A stretch of DNA of 51,238 bases, taken from positions 1-51,238 of the forward strand of contig JAMDHS010000122.1 in assembly GCA_029717555.1 (NCBI GenBank), read 5' to 3'. A program made the position numbers and the translations under genes. The notes under the pieces are model-generated. The model was not told the origin of the DNA, made no database searches, and saw only the letters and a program-made list of their open reading frames with translations. This document shows positions 49,499 to 51,238 of this stretch, piece by piece; positions within the stretch are counted from its first letter, which is position 1, and each line of letters starts with the position of its first letter. This DNA comes from Peribolospora baueri (Eukaryota).

Positions 49499-50500
49499 GG
49501 CAGGCTCGATCCTGGTGCCGGAGGGGAGGGAGACAGCGTCGGGGGCGAGGGACTCGGCTGGAGGATGGCGGATGGAAGGGAGGAAAGGGCGCGAGTCGGT
49601 GGGTCGGTGGTGGTGGAGGAGAAAGAGATGGCGGCGGTGGTGGTGGAGGAAAGAGATGGATGATGGATGGAGAGATGGAGGAGCGGTGGTGGTGGTCACT
49701 TGCACTTCATCGGTCCGTCGCCGTCGCCGTCGCCGTCGCCGTCAGTCGTCGCCGCCAGTCGTCGTTGGGTGTGGAGCGAATTCGGCGTCGACGACGACGG
49801 CGGGACTTGCTCGACTCGCTTCGACGTATGTCCGCCTGGCTGGCTGGCTGGGTCAGGAACGGGGACGGATAAAGAGGAGGTTGGGTTGATAAAGAGGAGG
49901 TTGGCGAGCGAGTGAGAGCAAGCAAGGATGGGTTTCGTTGGGGCGAGCTCGCGACGACGACGACGACGACGACGACGAAGAGACGGACAGACGGAAAAAC
50001 GGAAAGACGTTGTGCAATTGTATTGAATTCGAGTCGATTCGATCCACTCTTTCTTTCCTCCCTCCCTCTCTCTATCTTTCTTTCTTTCTTTCTTTGCTTT
50101 CTTTCCTCTTCCTTAAACCGCCGCCGACCCCACCGCCGATCCGATAGACTGCTTTTTTTCTGGGCCACCAGTTCAAGGTTTCGGTTTCGGATTCGGCCTC
50201 CTTTGGCTGTGTTGGGTGGGGTGGTGGAGCGGAGGTCGGCAGGGCGGGCGCTAAAACATCGGCGAGCGCCGTCGGGCCGTCGTCGGTCAACTCGGAATCC
50301 TTCTTACCTCCTTCATTCGACTTGAGGCAATATCGGTTCGTCGCCGAACGGCCATCAAAGAAAGCCACGCGGTCGGCCATTCACTTGCCTCCAACTCACC
50401 CCAGTCCATCATCCCATCCCTTACACACACACAAAGAAACAGAAAGACGACAAGGATATATGTATGTATGTATTCTACATACACGCCCGTCCCCCTCAGA

Positions 50501-51238
50501 TCACAGCGAACGCGGCACCTCGACCTCGGTGTATGTCTTTTGGCAATCCAAAGCAAACCAATCAAAACCAAAAATCCGTCAGTCCATCCCATCCATCCCT
50601 GCGCAACGACAACGATCCACCGCTCACCTGAATAAAATCATCCACCTCAAAGCCCTGATACGACTCAAAGGACATGCCGCACTCCATCCCCTTTCGAATC
50701 TCCATCACGTCTTTCTTGTGGTGCTTTAGCGCCGCCAGCGTGCCTGTTATCCCATCCGAGTCGGCATCATATCATGTCAGCCCGCTCCAAGCCAGCCAGC
50801 TAGCCAGCCGTCCTCGCTCGCTCACCTTCATAGATCACCTCCTTGTCCGCACCCCTCATCACCCGTACCTTGCCCCCCTTGACAATCGTCCCGTTCGTCA
50901 CCCTACACCCAGCAATCTTCATAGTCTCCCTCCCCTTCACCTTAATCTCAAACAACTGCAACACGCTCGCCTCGCCCGTCACCCGCTTCTCAATCTCTGG
51001 CGTCAACAAACCGGCCACTCGCGCCTTCACTTCGTCCATCAGTCGGTAGATCACGTTGTCCAGTAATACCGGCACAGACGCTTTTTCTGCTGCTTGCATC
51101 ATCGCCCGCGCCGCTTTGATGTTGAAGCCTACGATCGTGCCTGCGAATGAAAGCAAAATAGCCGTTGGTTCGTGCGAAAACCGAAAAACTCACCGATTCA
51201 ACCAACGAGGGCAGGGCATACGCTATCCTGGGGTAGGT
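50501..51238 (-). CDS. IFM1: Mitochondrial translation initiation factor IF-2, 3' part (gene continues beyond the window)
   Basis: TIVGFNIK...NVIYRLMDEVK...GEASVLQLFEI...IAGCRVTNGTI...VRVMRG...IYEG|TLAALKHHKKDVMEIRKGMECGMSFESYQGFEVDDFIQ|TYTEVEVPRSL* is the IF2 C-terminal domain IV. Confidence 0.93.

Overview
Eukaryotic, GC-rich, intron-rich fungal DNA, most likely a basidiomycete (short GT-AG introns, mostly GTGAG/GTGCG donors with CTGAC/CTAAC branch sites). I assembled 17 spliced or single-exon genes by eye. Recognisable genes: UBC8, TFA2 (TFIIE-beta), a Spc34-like DASH subunit, OHCU decarboxylase, TBP, a two-LIM CRP-like protein, HEM4, a 16-Cys thaumatin-like protein, RPC2/RET1, a UBE2G1-type E2, a NUDT19-like Nudix hydrolase, an arrestin-fold protein, a Zn2Cys6 transcription factor and the 3' end of mitochondrial IF2. 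Unassigned genes: a small secreted Cys-rich protein, a 963-aa single-TM protein with an alternating-His tract, and a small hypothetical. Accessory DNA: a scrambled Ty3/gypsy chromovirus relic at ~4.8-7.0 kb and a degenerate repeat/inverted-repeat island at ~33.9-35.0 kb. Best leads: the secreted protein beside the transposon relic with a beta/gamma-crystallin-like motif pattern, a ~185-bp foldback palindrome in the RPC2/E2 bidirectional promoter, a duplicated splice donor in the transcription factor, and the His-alternating membrane protein. No complete novel multi-gene system is evident. All assignments come from motif recognition; no database searches were run, and exon boundaries are manual.
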